Translations under genes and position numbers: made by a program | The notes under the pieces: generated by a model | Seen by the model: only the letters and a program-made list of their open reading frames with translations | The model's database searches: none | Told to the model about the DNA's origin: nothing | From: Clostridia bacterium | GTDB taxonomy: Bacteria > Bacillota > Clostridia > Christensenellales > Pumilibacteraceae | DNA length: 64,000 bases | Assembly (NCBI GenBank): GCA_017501145.1 | Contig: JAFVXL010000059.1 | Span: forward strand, 382 to 64,381 | Reading direction: 5' to 3' | Shown here: piece by piece, positions 19,801 to 28,813 of the stretch | How positions within the stretch are numbered: position 1 is the stretch's first letter | Layout: each line of letters starts with the position of its first letter

Positions 19801-20135
19801 TATGCTCTATAAGCGAGGCTAAGCAAATGCAGGCTGAGCTAAAAGACGTATTCGGACAAGTACCGCGTAGCGTAACAAATCTTATTTCTACAGCGCTCGT
19901 CAAAAATTTGGCGGCGGGCGTGGGCGCAAATAAGGTAGTGTTCAAAAAGCTCGACGCGGGCGTTTATTTTGACAAGGCAAAGGATATAAGTAATAGCGTA
20001 ATATCTAAGGCGAAGGAGTATAGCGGCAGCAATGTGCAAATTAATCCGCCTTCTATATCGTTTAGAGGTGAGAGCGCACGCAAAAAGTTGATAAATTTTT
20101 TAATTAATTGCGTTGCTACGCCGCTAAATCCTTGA
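16815..20135 (+). CDS. mfd: Transcription-repair coupling factor
   Basis: 1106 aa. CarD-like region (VHNVHGIGV), helicase motifs GDVGYGKTEVA, DEEQRFG, LTLSATPIPRT, QLRGRIGRS. Follows pth as in Firmicutes. Confidence 0.95.
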   Translation: MLAVNEYLQGGEIAKIIKALSDGKDVSVLSAHFGQKTALAALLPEFVYVCSDYVTAREAFEQISCLREAVYLPALDDALTYARIRTGDNYVERIKALYEIAYGGAKVVVTHVAALMQLYPEINEFRSLGCTMTVGEEYDFSAIPSKLIKAGYKRVSHVDAPGQFAMRGDIIDISPVIYDYGLRIEFFGDEIDAIKRFDYGTQLSSESLTQAKICPNTFVTSSPNVNLGRIQGGSEAVIDDLRIKLDNGNNDLSLSFISPLLPHSKFNEFVKLKYIVYEDAKQVSDNAAMTLREHYSRFKTLLSQGAPVVDGQLTDDLRYDGVKLAFQNISNANRLFNPQAVFSIDTFTPLSYRKRYDMLACDIKSWTREGYTVVICCGDDKLKSSAQEFLYNEGALSQNVTLLTDKLPKGFVFHDIKLVVVGTYDMVSKKAVAKKLSRRKKDVFTMPVPGEYVVHNVHGIGVMEAVEPMLMGGVTRDYVIIRYRDGDKLYVPVENIDCLSKYVAGGAEPKLNKIGGVDFAKVKERVRASVKEMAFSLLELYAQRSESKGHKYSLDNTMLSEFEAAFAYQPTVDQTTAVAECLNDLTNGRIMDRLLCGDVGYGKTEVALRVAYKVIAEGKQVAFISPTTILAKQHYKTALSRMEQFGVNICSFTRLDDAKSIKVGLQGLAQGKIDMAIGTHRLLSSDIKFKDLGLLILDEEQRFGVADKEKLKLLTRNVNVLTLSATPIPRTLHMSMTGIRDMSVLDTPPADRIPVQTYVSEYSESLVYDAVMRELGRGGQVFIVYNRVESISSFASKIKTLLGDVRISVAHGQMKEDVLEKTIDEFVSGQSDVLIASTIIENGIDMPRANTMIVVDADRLGLSQLYQLRGRIGRSNRLAYVFFTYADKILTETAYKRLEAITEFTEFGSGFKIAMRDLEIRGAGNILGKAQHGHMEKVGYDMYCKILKEAVDELKGKEIASASEVKVSIDFEAFIPSGYISSEQRKIDAYAKISAVCSISEAKQMQAELKDVFGQVPRSVTNLISTALVKNLAAGVGANKVVFKKLDAGVYFDKAKDISNSVISKAKEYSGSNVQINPPSISFRGESARKKLINFLINCVATPLNP

Positions 20136-20217
20136 TTTGCTTGCAAAATTGTTGTATAATGGTTAGTACCTATGAGTATGAGTAGGTATTTTGCTAAAAA
20201 ATCTGGACGAGGAATTT

Positions 20218-21984
20218 ATGAAAAAAATAGCATGTTTAATAATTTGCGTGATGCTCTCGGTGTTTACGCTTTGCGCGTGCAACAGCACTTACGAAAACAG
20301 CATTATCACGCACAATTACGAGCGCGACTACGCTCAGGTTATCGTTACTATCGATTCGGTAACTGAAAGCGGAGTTAGAGCTGACGGTACGGAGTGGTCG
20401 TATACTTCCGACGAGACCGAAATTTACAAGTTCCAACTTGTTAATTATATCAACAGTTACGCAAACACTTATGTTAACTACTACGGTATGTCATATAACG
20501 AAGCAGTTGATTATTTCATTGAGCAACTTATTCTTACCGAGCTCGTTATAACCGAGGCTGACGTAAGATTCGAGGCTCATGACATTTTCTGGAGCGAGGA
20601 AGATATTAACGCTGTTCAAACCTCCGTTTATGGCGCTCTTGATAGCTACTTGCTTGAGATTTATAACGAAATTTTGGACAAGAGTGGCCGTGATAAGATT
20701 GTCGAAGATACTACCGAAGAAGATAAGAGCGAAACTACTTATCCCGTAAGAGAAGAAGAAACTGTTGAAGCAGAAAGAGTATTCGTTACTTATGGCAATG
20801 GCAAGGATCACGACGATTGGTACACCCAAGGCGAGTGGTTTGTAGCTAAGGCAAAGAACTTCAATTCGCTCCCCGGCAACTACGGTAATGCTGACACCAA
20901 GTCGCTTGCTCGCGAAGGTGTAAAGCGTCTTATTACCGCGCTTGACGAGGCTGCTGACAATATAGTTAATATCAGCGAGCAAGACGCTGCTACTATTGAT
21001 AACGAAGTTAAGGCACTTAAGGAAACTATCGAAACTAAGGGCGTTGCTTACGCATATATGGATCTTGGCAAAACCTTGATGGTTAAAAAGCTCTACGGCG
21101 ACACTTATATTATGTCCCAAAAGATGACCATTTTGCAAAACTTTATCGAGGAAGGCGTTAGCGTTTCGGAGGAAGAAATTGTAGCAAAGTATAACAAAAA
21201 GCTTGCTGAGCAGGTTGCAAGCTACGCTAACTCGGCAAAATACGATACTGCGGCAACGGGTAAAGACCTTGTCCTTTATCGCGCTAATAACAATTACGTC
21301 TATGTTAAGCATATTCTTATTCCGTTCAGCGACGAGCAAACAAGCTATCTTACCTCGTATAAAGAGCTTCATACCGAAGAAGAATATCTTGCAGAGCGCG
21401 AAAGAATGGTAAACAATATCGTTGCTTACGAGCACGTTAATGGCGAAGACGATACCTCTAATCCGCTTACCGTAGCGCAAATTTGGAGCGAAATTAGGGC
21501 AACTATGTCTAGAGTAAGCGCAAGCGCTTATGAGGCAGAAAGAGCTTTTGACGACCTTATTTATAAGTACAATACCGACCCCGGAATCTTCAATAACGAG
21601 CTTGGCTACGGCGTTAAGTACAAGCTTAACGACGGCGAAAGCGAAACTTATATGTCTGAATTCGCTGAGTGCGCAAGAGCGTTCCGTAACGAAGGATACA
21701 AGGTAGGTCAAATCTACGACGAATACGTTATTACCGATTACGGTGTGCACGTTATGTACTATTCGGCAGACTTTAACGGCGGCGAAATTCTTTCGCTCAA
21801 TTCGTACACTACCGCAGGTAGATATACGCTCGTAAAAGACCTTATCGAAGAAGAATTGCTCGAGGCTGCTACCAGCGCTGCTTATACCGTATGGCAGGAC
21901 GAAAGAATTTACTACTATCGCAACACAAAGGATATAGTAACTCTTAAGGAAAAGGTATATAAGGACCTTTACGTAGAAGAATAA
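20218..21984 (+). CDS. Lipoprotein with PpiC/parvulin-type (PrsA/SurA-like) domain
   Basis: ATG at 20218 after GAGGA. Lipobox LSVFTLCAC|N. YVKHILIPF....GYGVKY....ITDYGVHVMYY is parvulin-like. Confidence 0.6.
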   Translation: MKKIACLIICVMLSVFTLCACNSTYENSIITHNYERDYAQVIVTIDSVTESGVRADGTEWSYTSDETEIYKFQLVNYINSYANTYVNYYGMSYNEAVDYFIEQLILTELVITEADVRFEAHDIFWSEEDINAVQTSVYGALDSYLLEIYNEILDKSGRDKIVEDTTEEDKSETTYPVREEETVEAERVFVTYGNGKDHDDWYTQGEWFVAKAKNFNSLPGNYGNADTKSLAREGVKRLITALDEAADNIVNISEQDAATIDNEVKALKETIETKGVAYAYMDLGKTLMVKKLYGDTYIMSQKMTILQNFIEEGVSVSEEEIVAKYNKKLAEQVASYANSAKYDTAATGKDLVLYRANNNYVYVKHILIPFSDEQTSYLTSYKELHTEEEYLAERERMVNNIVAYEHVNGEDDTSNPLTVAQIWSEIRATMSRVSASAYEAERAFDDLIYKYNTDPGIFNNELGYGVKYKLNDGESETYMSEFAECARAFRNEGYKVGQIYDEYVITDYGVHVMYYSADFNGGEILSLNSYTTAGRYTLVKDLIEEELLEAATSAAYTVWQDERIYYYRNTKDIVTLKEKVYKDLYVEE

Positions 21985-22004
21985 TCGTTATAAAAAGTAA
22001 AACA

Positions 22005-22044
22005 AAAAAGACTCAGGATCTAATCAAATCCCGAGTCTTTTTTT
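22005..22044. terminator. Bidirectional terminator between the PrsA-like gene and ssrA
   Basis: AAAAGACTCAGGA...TCCCGAGTCTTTT stem with one mismatch, flanked by an A-run and a 9-T run. Confidence 0.75.
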
Positions 22045-22410
22045 TGGTGGAGGTGGGGAGAATCGAACTCCCTTCCGAAATTTCTCCGACTAAATCTTCT
22101 ACATGTTTAGTTTGCTTAGGAGTTTTGAAACGGGTTTTTAGCAAACGAAACCGTCCGTTTCGTGACCTATAATGCCGCTTATAAGCGAGAGTCACTGCTT
22201 ACAAGCCGTAGCCTATCTAACTGACGCTGCGGCTCTTGCGATAGGAACAAAAGTGCAACGACTGCCAAAATTAATTAAGCAGCAAGTGCAAGAGCGGGTC
22301 TTGCAGTTTTAACGTTATTAGCGTTTATTTTGTTTTGCGTTTTTAGGTAGCCGCACTACCACATGCTTATATTCAGCCTTACAAAACCCCGTCGAAGCCT
22401 GTACACCCCC
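22045..22410 (-). ncRNA. ssrA: tmRNA (SsrA)
   Basis: 5' GGGGGTGTACAGGCTTCGACGGGG. 3' T-arm GGGAGTTCGATTCTCCC followed by CACCTCCACCA. Acceptor stem has the G3:U pair. Internal tag frame ends ...CCC GCT CTT GCA CTT GCT GCT TAA (PALALAA-stop); the likely tag is ANNVKTARPALALAA. Confidence 0.92.
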
Positions 22411-22422
22411 GTAGGTTAAAGC

Positions 22423-22451
22423 ATTATACTATTAAACTTTAGTTTTGTCAA
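22423..22451 (-). promoter_or_regulatory. Sigma-A-type promoter of ssrA
   Basis: Minus strand reads TTGACA, 17-nt spacer, TATAAT, ending ~12 nt upstream of the mature tmRNA 5' end. Confidence 0.7.
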
Positions 22452-22514
22452 TAACTTTTTGGTACTATACGGTGCAAAAATTTAGTTATTTTGACATATG
22501 AGAGCAACAGCTAC

Positions 22515-22546
22515 AAAAAAAACCACGAAGTTTGGCTCCGTGGTCT
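22515..22546 (-). terminator. Rho-independent terminator of the SPFH/RHH pair
   Basis: Minus strand: GACCACGG...TCGTGGT stem followed by TTTTTTTT. Confidence 0.7.
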
Positions 22547-22551
22547 TTTGT

Positions 22552-22716
22552 TTATGAAGGTGGATTAGATTTTTTTCGTTTGTTGACCTGCTGGGTGAGC
22601 AAGTATTCGATTTGAGCGTTTATCGAGCGGAAATCGTCCTCTGCCCACGCGGCAAGCTCTTTGTATAGCGAAGGGGATATCCTAAGTAAAATTGACTTTT
22701 TGTCATTTTTGTCCAT
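22552..22716 (-). CDS. Small ribbon-helix-helix (Arc/MetJ-like) protein
   Basis: 54 aa counted from the ATG at 22716. [34 protein letters not shown] fits a beta-strand plus two-helix RHH pattern. The start overlaps the upstream stop (TAATG). Confidence 0.55.
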   Translation of the reverse strand: MDKNDKKSILLRISPSLYKELAAWAEDDFRSINAQIEYLLTQQVNKRKKSNPPS

Positions 22717-23663
22717 TAGTAAATAGTTCCGCTGTTTACTATCGGCTGAGCGTCCTTGTTGCCGCAAAGAACGACAAGTAGGTTGCTTACCATTTGAGCC
22801 TTGCGTTCGTCATCAAGCTCTACTATATTCCCCTCGTTAAGCATTTTAAGCGCCATATCCACCATACCGACTGCGCCCTCTACAATTTTTTGTCTTGCAA
22901 TAATTATTGCGCGCGCTTGCTGACGTTGGAGCATAGCAGATACGATTTCGGGCGCGTAAGCAAGATGCGCGATGCGTGCCTCCAAAATCTCGATGCCGGC
23001 AATTTCGATACGGTTATTAAGCTCACATTTAAGGTCGTTTGCAATTTCTTGCGTGGAGCTGCGCAAGCTCTTTTCGTCGCCTTGCTCGCTCATATCGTAC
23101 GGATAAAGGCGCGCTACGTGTCTTATTGCCGCGTCTGCTTGTACGGATACGAACTCAACGTAGTTTTCTACGTTAAATACCGCCTTAGCGGTGTCTACTA
23201 CACGCCATGTAACTACTACGCCGATTTCTATCGGGTTACCGTCCTCGTCGTTTACCTTTTGCTTAGCGTTGTTAAGCGTGATTGCCTTAAGCGAAAGCTT
23301 ATTGGCGGAAAGCGGTACTGAGCCTTGGCTAACAAGAACCTCCGACAAGCTTTTTTTTGTGGGGTTAAACGCAGTGCAGAACGGATTTACCCAAAAGAAG
23401 CCATCTCTTTTTATCGTGCCGTGATACTTACCAAACAACAATAAAACTATTGCTTCGTTGGGGCCAAGCACCTTAAAGCCGGGAATAAAAATTATTGCTA
23501 AAACAAACAGTACGATAAACCCAATAACAACTTCGCTGGGGAGCACTTCGGCAGCTGCAAGCGCCAAGCACGCAACTGCCGCAAGCATCATGAGTATAAC
23601 TACTATCAGCATAGTAAAGCCGCTAATAGGTTCAAGCTCTTTTTCACAGATTTCTTTGTTCAT
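22716..23663 (-). CDS. SPFH / Band-7 (stomatin-prohibitin-like) membrane protein
   Basis: 315 aa. N-terminal hydrophobic region, then an SPFH-like core ([35 protein letters not shown]...[18 protein letters not shown]). AGGAG ribosome-binding site. Confidence 0.75.
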   Translation of the reverse strand: MNKEICEKELEPISGFTMLIVVILMMLAAVACLALAAAEVLPSEVVIGFIVLFVLAIIFIPGFKVLGPNEAIVLLLFGKYHGTIKRDGFFWVNPFCTAFNPTKKSLSEVLVSQGSVPLSANKLSLKAITLNNAKQKVNDEDGNPIEIGVVVTWRVVDTAKAVFNVENYVEFVSVQADAAIRHVARLYPYDMSEQGDEKSLRSSTQEIANDLKCELNNRIEIAGIEILEARIAHLAYAPEIVSAMLQRQQARAIIIARQKIVEGAVGMVDMALKMLNEGNIVELDDERKAQMVSNLLVVLCGNKDAQPIVNSGTIY

Positions 23664-23803
23664 AAAATTCTCCTTATCTATTTGATATTAAAATGATATC
23701 ATATTTGCAAGCCTTGGTCAAATGTTTTTATTAAAAAAGCAGTATAAATTTTTTTGTAAAGCAAAGAAAAATTTGTGTATAAAATCAAAATTTAGTTAAT
23801 TTA

Positions 23804-23832
23804 CTTGCTAATAAAGGGAGAAAGTGCTATAC
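23804..23832 (+). promoter_or_regulatory. Sigma-A-type promoter candidate for guaA
   Basis: TTGCTA, 17-nt spacer, TATACT. Confidence 0.5.
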
Positions 23833-23892
23833 TAACGCTATAAAATTTGGATAACATAAGCCAGTTTAATTTACATCACGGAGGAAAATCTT

Positions 23893-24894
23893 ATGGAAAG
23901 TAATAAAAGACCTGATAATATGGCAAGAATAACTAACTTTGAGCTTGCTAATAAGTTTATTGACGAGCAAGTGCAAATTGTACGCAATCAAGTTGGCGAC
24001 AAAAAGGTTCTTCTTGCGCTTTCGGGTGGCGTTGACTCGTCGGTTGTTGCGGCCTTGCTTATTAAGGCAATAGGCAAGCAGCTTGTATGCGTGCACGTTA
24101 ATCACGGACTTATGCGCAAGGGCGAGAGCGAGCAGGTTGTTGAGATTTTTGGCAAGGAGCTTGATACCAATCTTGTTTACGTTGACGCAACCGATAGATT
24201 CCTTGGACTTCTTGCAGATGTTGCTGACCCCGAAAAAAAGCGTAAAATTATTGGCAAAGAATTTATAGAGGTTTTCGCTGACGAGGCAAGAAAGCTCGAA
24301 GGCGTTGAATATTTGGCGCAAGGAACGATTTATCCCGACATACTCGAAAGCATAAAGCAGGCAGAAGGCAAGAAGGCAGTTAAGTCGCACCACAACGTAG
24401 GCGGACTTCCTGAAGACCTTAAGTTCGAACTTGTTGAGCCCATCAAATTGCTCTTTAAGGACGAAGTAAGAGTTGTAGGCGAGGCACTTGGCTTACCGCA
24501 CAAGATGGTTTACCGTCAGCCGTTCCCCGGCCCCGGACTTGGAGTTAGATGCCTTGGCGCAATCACTCGCGACCGTCTCGAAGCGCTCAGAGAAGCTGAC
24601 GCAATCTTAAGAGAAGAGTTTGACAACTGCGGTCTTGCAGAAAAGGTTTGGCAGTATTTCGTTGCTATACCCGACATTAAGAGCGTAGGTGTAAAGGACG
24701 ACAGCCGTTACGAGGGTTGGCCGGCAATCATCCGCGCAGTTAACACCAAGGACGCAATGACCGCAACGATAGAAGAAATTCCCTACGCTGTATTGCACAA
24801 AATTACCGCGCGTATCACAAATGAGGTAGAAGGAATCAACCGTGTGCTTTATGACCTTACGCCCAAGCCGACGGGAACGATTGAGTGGGAATAA
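23893..24894 (+). CDS. guaA: GMP synthase, ATP-pyrophosphatase/dimerisation part only (no glutamine-amidotransferase domain)
   Basis: 333 aa. P-loop KVLLALSGGVDSSV and C-terminal HHNVGGLPE......PFPGPGL, ending in the canonical ...TIEWE. GGAGG ribosome-binding site. Non-coding DNA lies upstream. Confidence 0.85.
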   Translation: MESNKRPDNMARITNFELANKFIDEQVQIVRNQVGDKKVLLALSGGVDSSVVAALLIKAIGKQLVCVHVNHGLMRKGESEQVVEIFGKELDTNLVYVDATDRFLGLLADVADPEKKRKIIGKEFIEVFADEARKLEGVEYLAQGTIYPDILESIKQAEGKKAVKSHHNVGGLPEDLKFELVEPIKLLFKDEVRVVGEALGLPHKMVYRQPFPGPGLGVRCLGAITRDRLEALREADAILREEFDNCGLAEKVWQYFVAIPDIKSVGVKDDSRYEGWPAIIRAVNTKDAMTATIEEIPYAVLHKITARITNEVEGINRVLYDLTPKPTGTIEWE

Positions 24895-24909
24895 GATAAC
24901 AAGGACTTT

Positions 24910-24945
24910 AAGTGGCTTAGAACTTTTGTTGTAAGTCACTTTTTT
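24910..24945 (+). terminator. Terminator candidate after guaA
   Basis: AAGTGGC...GTCACTT stem (one G:U pair), 18-nt loop, then TTTTT. Confidence 0.45.
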
Positions 24946-24961
24946 ATAAGATTAGTGGAAA

Positions 24962-25792
24962 ATGTATAGTAAGGTTTATGTAGAAATTACGAATATATGC
25001 AACAAAAGCTGCTCCTTTTGCCATGGACATAGCAGAGCTCCGCGTCAAATGAGTATAGAAGAGTTTGAGCTTATTTTGGACAAGCTAAAAAACCGCACAA
25101 AGTATATATATTACCATTTGATGGGCGAGCCGCTTACGCATCCACAGCTTTGCGAATTTATAAAAATGGCAGGCAAAAAAGGATACAAGTCGGTTATTAC
25201 GACTAACGGTACGCTTTTGCCTAGTCGAAGTGGCGAACTAATTGATGCAGGTCTGCACAAGGTTAATATCTCGCTGCACAGCTTCGAAAGCGGTAGCGAT
25301 AGCGATTATGCAAAATACTTAGAGGGGCTGGCTGATTTTGCGATACAAGCGGCAAGCATAGGCGTAATCGTAGTTTTTCGCTTTTGGAACAACGGCTTTG
25401 ACAACGGCAAAAACGAGTTTGCGCTAAACTTTCTTAGGAGTAAAATTTCGGGCGAATGGGTAGACAACAGTAGAGGCTTGCGAATACGCGAAAAGATTTT
25501 CGTCGAGTTTGACGATAGGTTTGAGTGGCCGGACAGTAACGAGCATATCAAAGGGAATAAGTTTTATTGCTACGGACTTAAATCGCATTTTGGAATTCTT
25601 GCCGACGGCACGGTTGTTCCTTGCTGCTTGGATAGCGAGGGAGTTATTAGTCTTGGTAATATTTTTCGTGACGATATAGACGCTGTTTTGCGCTTAAAAA
25701 GAGCAACGGATATGGTGGATGGGTTTAACAAGGGTAAGGCGAGCGAAGAGCTTTGCAAAAGATGCGGATATTCGCAGAGATTTGTTCGCTAA
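24962..25792 (+). CDS. Radical SAM protein with C-terminal Cys-rich (SPASM/twitch-like) region
   Basis: 276 aa. CNKSCSFCHG (CxxxCxxC) near the N-terminus. C-terminal cysteines: CYGL...VVPCCLD...CKRCGY. Confidence 0.75.
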   Translation: MYSKVYVEITNICNKSCSFCHGHSRAPRQMSIEEFELILDKLKNRTKYIYYHLMGEPLTHPQLCEFIKMAGKKGYKSVITTNGTLLPSRSGELIDAGLHKVNISLHSFESGSDSDYAKYLEGLADFAIQAASIGVIVVFRFWNNGFDNGKNEFALNFLRSKISGEWVDNSRGLRIREKIFVEFDDRFEWPDSNEHIKGNKFYCYGLKSHFGILADGTVVPCCLDSEGVISLGNIFRDDIDAVLRLKRATDMVDGFNKGKASEELCKRCGYSQRFVR

Positions 25793-25906
25793 CATCTACC
25801 AAAAGCGCGATAAAGTTGACTTTTAGAAATATTTGTGATACCATATACGAATAAACAAGCGCAAAGTAATGGAATTTGTTTATCGACAGATAGGAGAATT
25901 TAGGTT

Positions 25907-27262
25907 ATGAGAATAGTGATTATAGGACTTGGTACGATAGGCAAGACGATATTAAAAAATCTTGCTTCCGAAAGCCACACCATAACTATCATTGACGACA
26001 GAAGAGAAAAGGTAGAGGAGCTCATAGAAAAGTACGACGTTTTTGGTGTAGTGGGAAACGGCGCTTGTATGGATATTCAAAAGGAAGCTAATGTAAACGA
26101 GGCTGAGCTCGTAATAGTCGTGACCGATAGCGACGAAGTTAACGTATTTGCGTGTATGGTGGCAAGAAAGCTTGGCGCTAAAAACACTATTGCCAGAGTG
26201 CGTAATCCGGATTATAGCAAGCAAATTAACGAAATGAAAGATTATTTGGGTATATCCATGCTTGTTAATCCCGAAAAGGACACCGCTAACGAAATATTTA
26301 ACCTTATCAGCTTGCCGTCCATCGCGCAGGTAGAAAAATTTGCTAAGGGCAGAGTTTTGCTTGTGGGAATAGTGGCAGAAAAGGGCTGCTTGCTTATAGG
26401 AGAGTCGCTTATTTCGCTTGGCAAAAAGCTTTCTAACAGGATGCTTATTTGCGCAGTACAAAGAGGCGAAAGGGTGTTTATTCCGTCAGGTAATTTCGTT
26501 ATTCAAGAAGGTGACAAGATACACTTTACCTCCGAAGTAAATATGCTTGGTAACATTTTGGCGGAGATAAATCTCGTTAAATCGCCGCTAAAGAACATTA
26601 TGATAGTTGGCGGAAACAAAATTAGCCTTTATCTTGCAGAGCAGTTGTCGCATAGCAAGTACAAGGTTAAGCTGATTGAGAGCAATAAGAATAACGCCGA
26701 AGAGCTTGCCGAAATGCTCCCAAACGTGACTGTGGTGTGTGGCAACGGTAGAAGTCACGACGTTTTAATCGAGGAAGGAATAGAGGCAATGGACGCCTTC
26801 GTAGCCGTTACCAATATTGACGAAGAAAATATGATTGCGTCAATGTTTGCCAGCAAGATGAAGGTAAGAAAAGCCATAACGCAAATAAAAAGCGATGATT
26901 TGTACGGTATGCTTGACGAGCTTGGTATTTGCAACAAAGTATCGCCCAAGCACGTCGTTGCAAACAGAATAGCAAGATATGTGCGCGCGCTTACAAACAA
27001 GCGTGGCAGTAACGTTTTGACACTTTCGCGGCTTGTAGATAATCAAGTAGAAGCGCTTGAATTTGCCGCAAAAACGCAACAAAAAATATACGATAAGCCG
27101 CTTAAGGAGCTTAATATCAAGAAAAACTGCCTTATAGCGTGTATTATTCGAAGCGGTCAAGTGATTATTCCCGACGGTAATTCGCGAATAGTGCGAGGCG
27201 ACAACGTAATCGTCGTAACCACGCACAAAAACTTCGACGATCTTGCTGACGTGTTTAATTAA
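25907..27262 (+). CDS. trkA: Trk potassium uptake system, NAD-binding peripheral subunit
   Basis: 451 aa. Two RCK/TrkA-N modules (IIGLGTIGK and IVGGNKISL Rossmann motifs). Confidence 0.9.
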   Translation: MRIVIIGLGTIGKTILKNLASESHTITIIDDRREKVEELIEKYDVFGVVGNGACMDIQKEANVNEAELVIVVTDSDEVNVFACMVARKLGAKNTIARVRNPDYSKQINEMKDYLGISMLVNPEKDTANEIFNLISLPSIAQVEKFAKGRVLLVGIVAEKGCLLIGESLISLGKKLSNRMLICAVQRGERVFIPSGNFVIQEGDKIHFTSEVNMLGNILAEINLVKSPLKNIMIVGGNKISLYLAEQLSHSKYKVKLIESNKNNAEELAEMLPNVTVVCGNGRSHDVLIEEGIEAMDAFVAVTNIDEENMIASMFASKMKVRKAITQIKSDDLYGMLDELGICNKVSPKHVVANRIARYVRALTNKRGSNVLTLSRLVDNQVEALEFAAKTQQKIYDKPLKELNIKKNCLIACIIRSGQVIIPDGNSRIVRGDNVIVVTTHKNFDDLADVFN

Positions 27263-27271
27263 GGTATTGTT

Positions 27272-28813
27272 ATGAACTATAAAAAGCTTGGTAAAATTTT
27301 AGGCAAGGTAATGATTTTGGAGGGAGCGTTGATGCTTGCTCCACTTATCGTGAGCCTTGTTTATAGAGAAGGGTCGAAAAACGCCCTTGCTTTCGCTATT
27401 CCGATTGCAATTCTCGTTATGCTGGGGCTTGTTCTGCAGCTTCCTAAGCCGAAGAGAGAAGGGCTGTATCAAAAGGAAGGCTTTGCTTTGGTTGCATTGG
27501 TTTGGCTCACAATGGCGGTGTTCGGCGCGTTGCCCTTTGTAATAAGCGGCGATATTCCAAACTATATAGATGCGTTGTTTGAAATTACGTCGGGCTTTAC
27601 GACAACAGGCGCAAGCATAGTTACTGACGTAACGGCGCTAGCTCACTCAACGCTGTTTTGGCGAAGCTTTTCGCACTGGATAGGCGGTATGGGTATTCTT
27701 GTATTCGTGCTTATCTTTATACCCGAAAGCAAGGATGGCTCGGCAATGCACCTACTTCGTGCCGAAAGCCCGGGTCCGCAGGTTGGTAAAATTGTGTCTA
27801 AAATGAAGGTTACGACGACAATACTGTATCTTATTTATTTGGGACTTACGGTGCTGCAGGTAATCTTCCTTATGTTTGATAAGCCAATAACCGGCTACGA
27901 AAATGAAAAGTTCTTCTTTAGCCTTTTGGCGGCATTTGGCTGCGCAGGAACGGGCGGATTTAGCTTTTTGCCGGGCAGTATGGAGATGTTTAGCCCGTAC
28001 TCGCAGTACGTAATGGCAACATTCCTGATTTTGTACGGCTGTAACTTTGGCTTGTATTATTTGCTGCTTATAGGCAAGGTAAAAGAAATTTTTCGTAGCG
28101 AGGAGCTTAGGACGTACATTTTGGTTGTCGTTGTTGCCGTTGCGCTTGTCTTTGTTAGTCTTGTTGCAAAGATTGAACAGTTTCCGCAGACGTATACCAC
28201 CGAGGAAGCGTTTAGACACTCGTTTTTTCAAGTCGCGTCAATTATTACAACGGCAGGCTTTTCGACTACAGACTTTAACGTGTGGCCGGTGCTTGCTGTA
28301 GGTACGCTCACAATACTTATGTTTATGGGCGGTATGGCAGGCTCGACGGCAGGTGGAATTAAGACCTCGCGAATAATTATGGCGTCCAAGGGCTCGTATA
28401 TAAAAATTCGCAAGCTTATAAATCCCAGATACGTACCAAAAGCATAATTTGACGGCAAAACGCTAGAAGAAAAAACGATAAACGATGTGTACGCATTTAT
28501 TACGCTGTATTTGTTTATTTTGCTTGTGGCTGCGCTATTGCTTTCCTTCGATCCGTCAAACGGCCATGCTGTAGAGGTCGTTTCGGACGGTGGCGTATAT
28601 ACAGTAAAGCACGGATTCTTTACTAACTTTTCGGCGGTAGTAGCTTGCTTGTCTAACGTAGGCCCTGCCTTTGAGGCGGTAGGTCCGTACCTAAGCTACG
28701 TGGATTATAGCTGGTTTTCTAAGATAATTTTGATGCTTACTATGTTTATGGGTAGGCTTGAGATTTTACCCGTTTTGATACTGTTCAATCCTAAGACGTG
28801 GAAAAGGGTATAG
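27272..28813 (+). pseudogene. trkH: TrkH/KtrB-family K+ transporter interrupted by one in-frame TAA (28445-28447)
   Basis: ORFs 27272-28447 and 28487-28813 share a frame (offset 1215 nt). Read through the stop, translation gives ...RYVPKA*FDGKTLEEKTINDVYAFITLY..., contiguous TrkH-like sequence. TTTGAS/TAGFS selectivity-type motifs are present. Confidence 0.75.

Noticed and set aside
20491-21750. 419-aa minus-strand ORF opposite the PrsA-like lipoprotein gene
   Set aside because: It is antisense to a gene that has a lipobox, a ribosome-binding site and a parvulin motif. The product has no recognisable features. I treat it as a shadow ORF.
23664-23892. Possible purine riboswitch upstream of guaA
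   Set aside because: No three-way-junction consensus (for example the conserved UAUAAU…GGAU…CCG…ACUA elements) and no terminator hairpin. The region reads as promoter plus ribosome-binding site.
24895-25906. RiPP precursor peptide associated with the radical SAM/SPASM-like gene
   Set aside because: The flanking spacers (67 nt and 114 nt) contain a terminator and a promoter but no small ORF with a ribosome-binding site. The neighbours are guaA and trkA, so there is no evidence for a peptide-maturation cluster.
28445-28447. Alternative genetic code or programmed read-through to explain the TAA inside trkH
   Set aside because: TAA terminates many confidently delimited genes in this window (for example the protease, folA, gpmI and pckA). 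TGA and TAG also act as stops (thyA, birA). Nothing suggests stop-codon reassignment, and no obvious recoding signal was seen.
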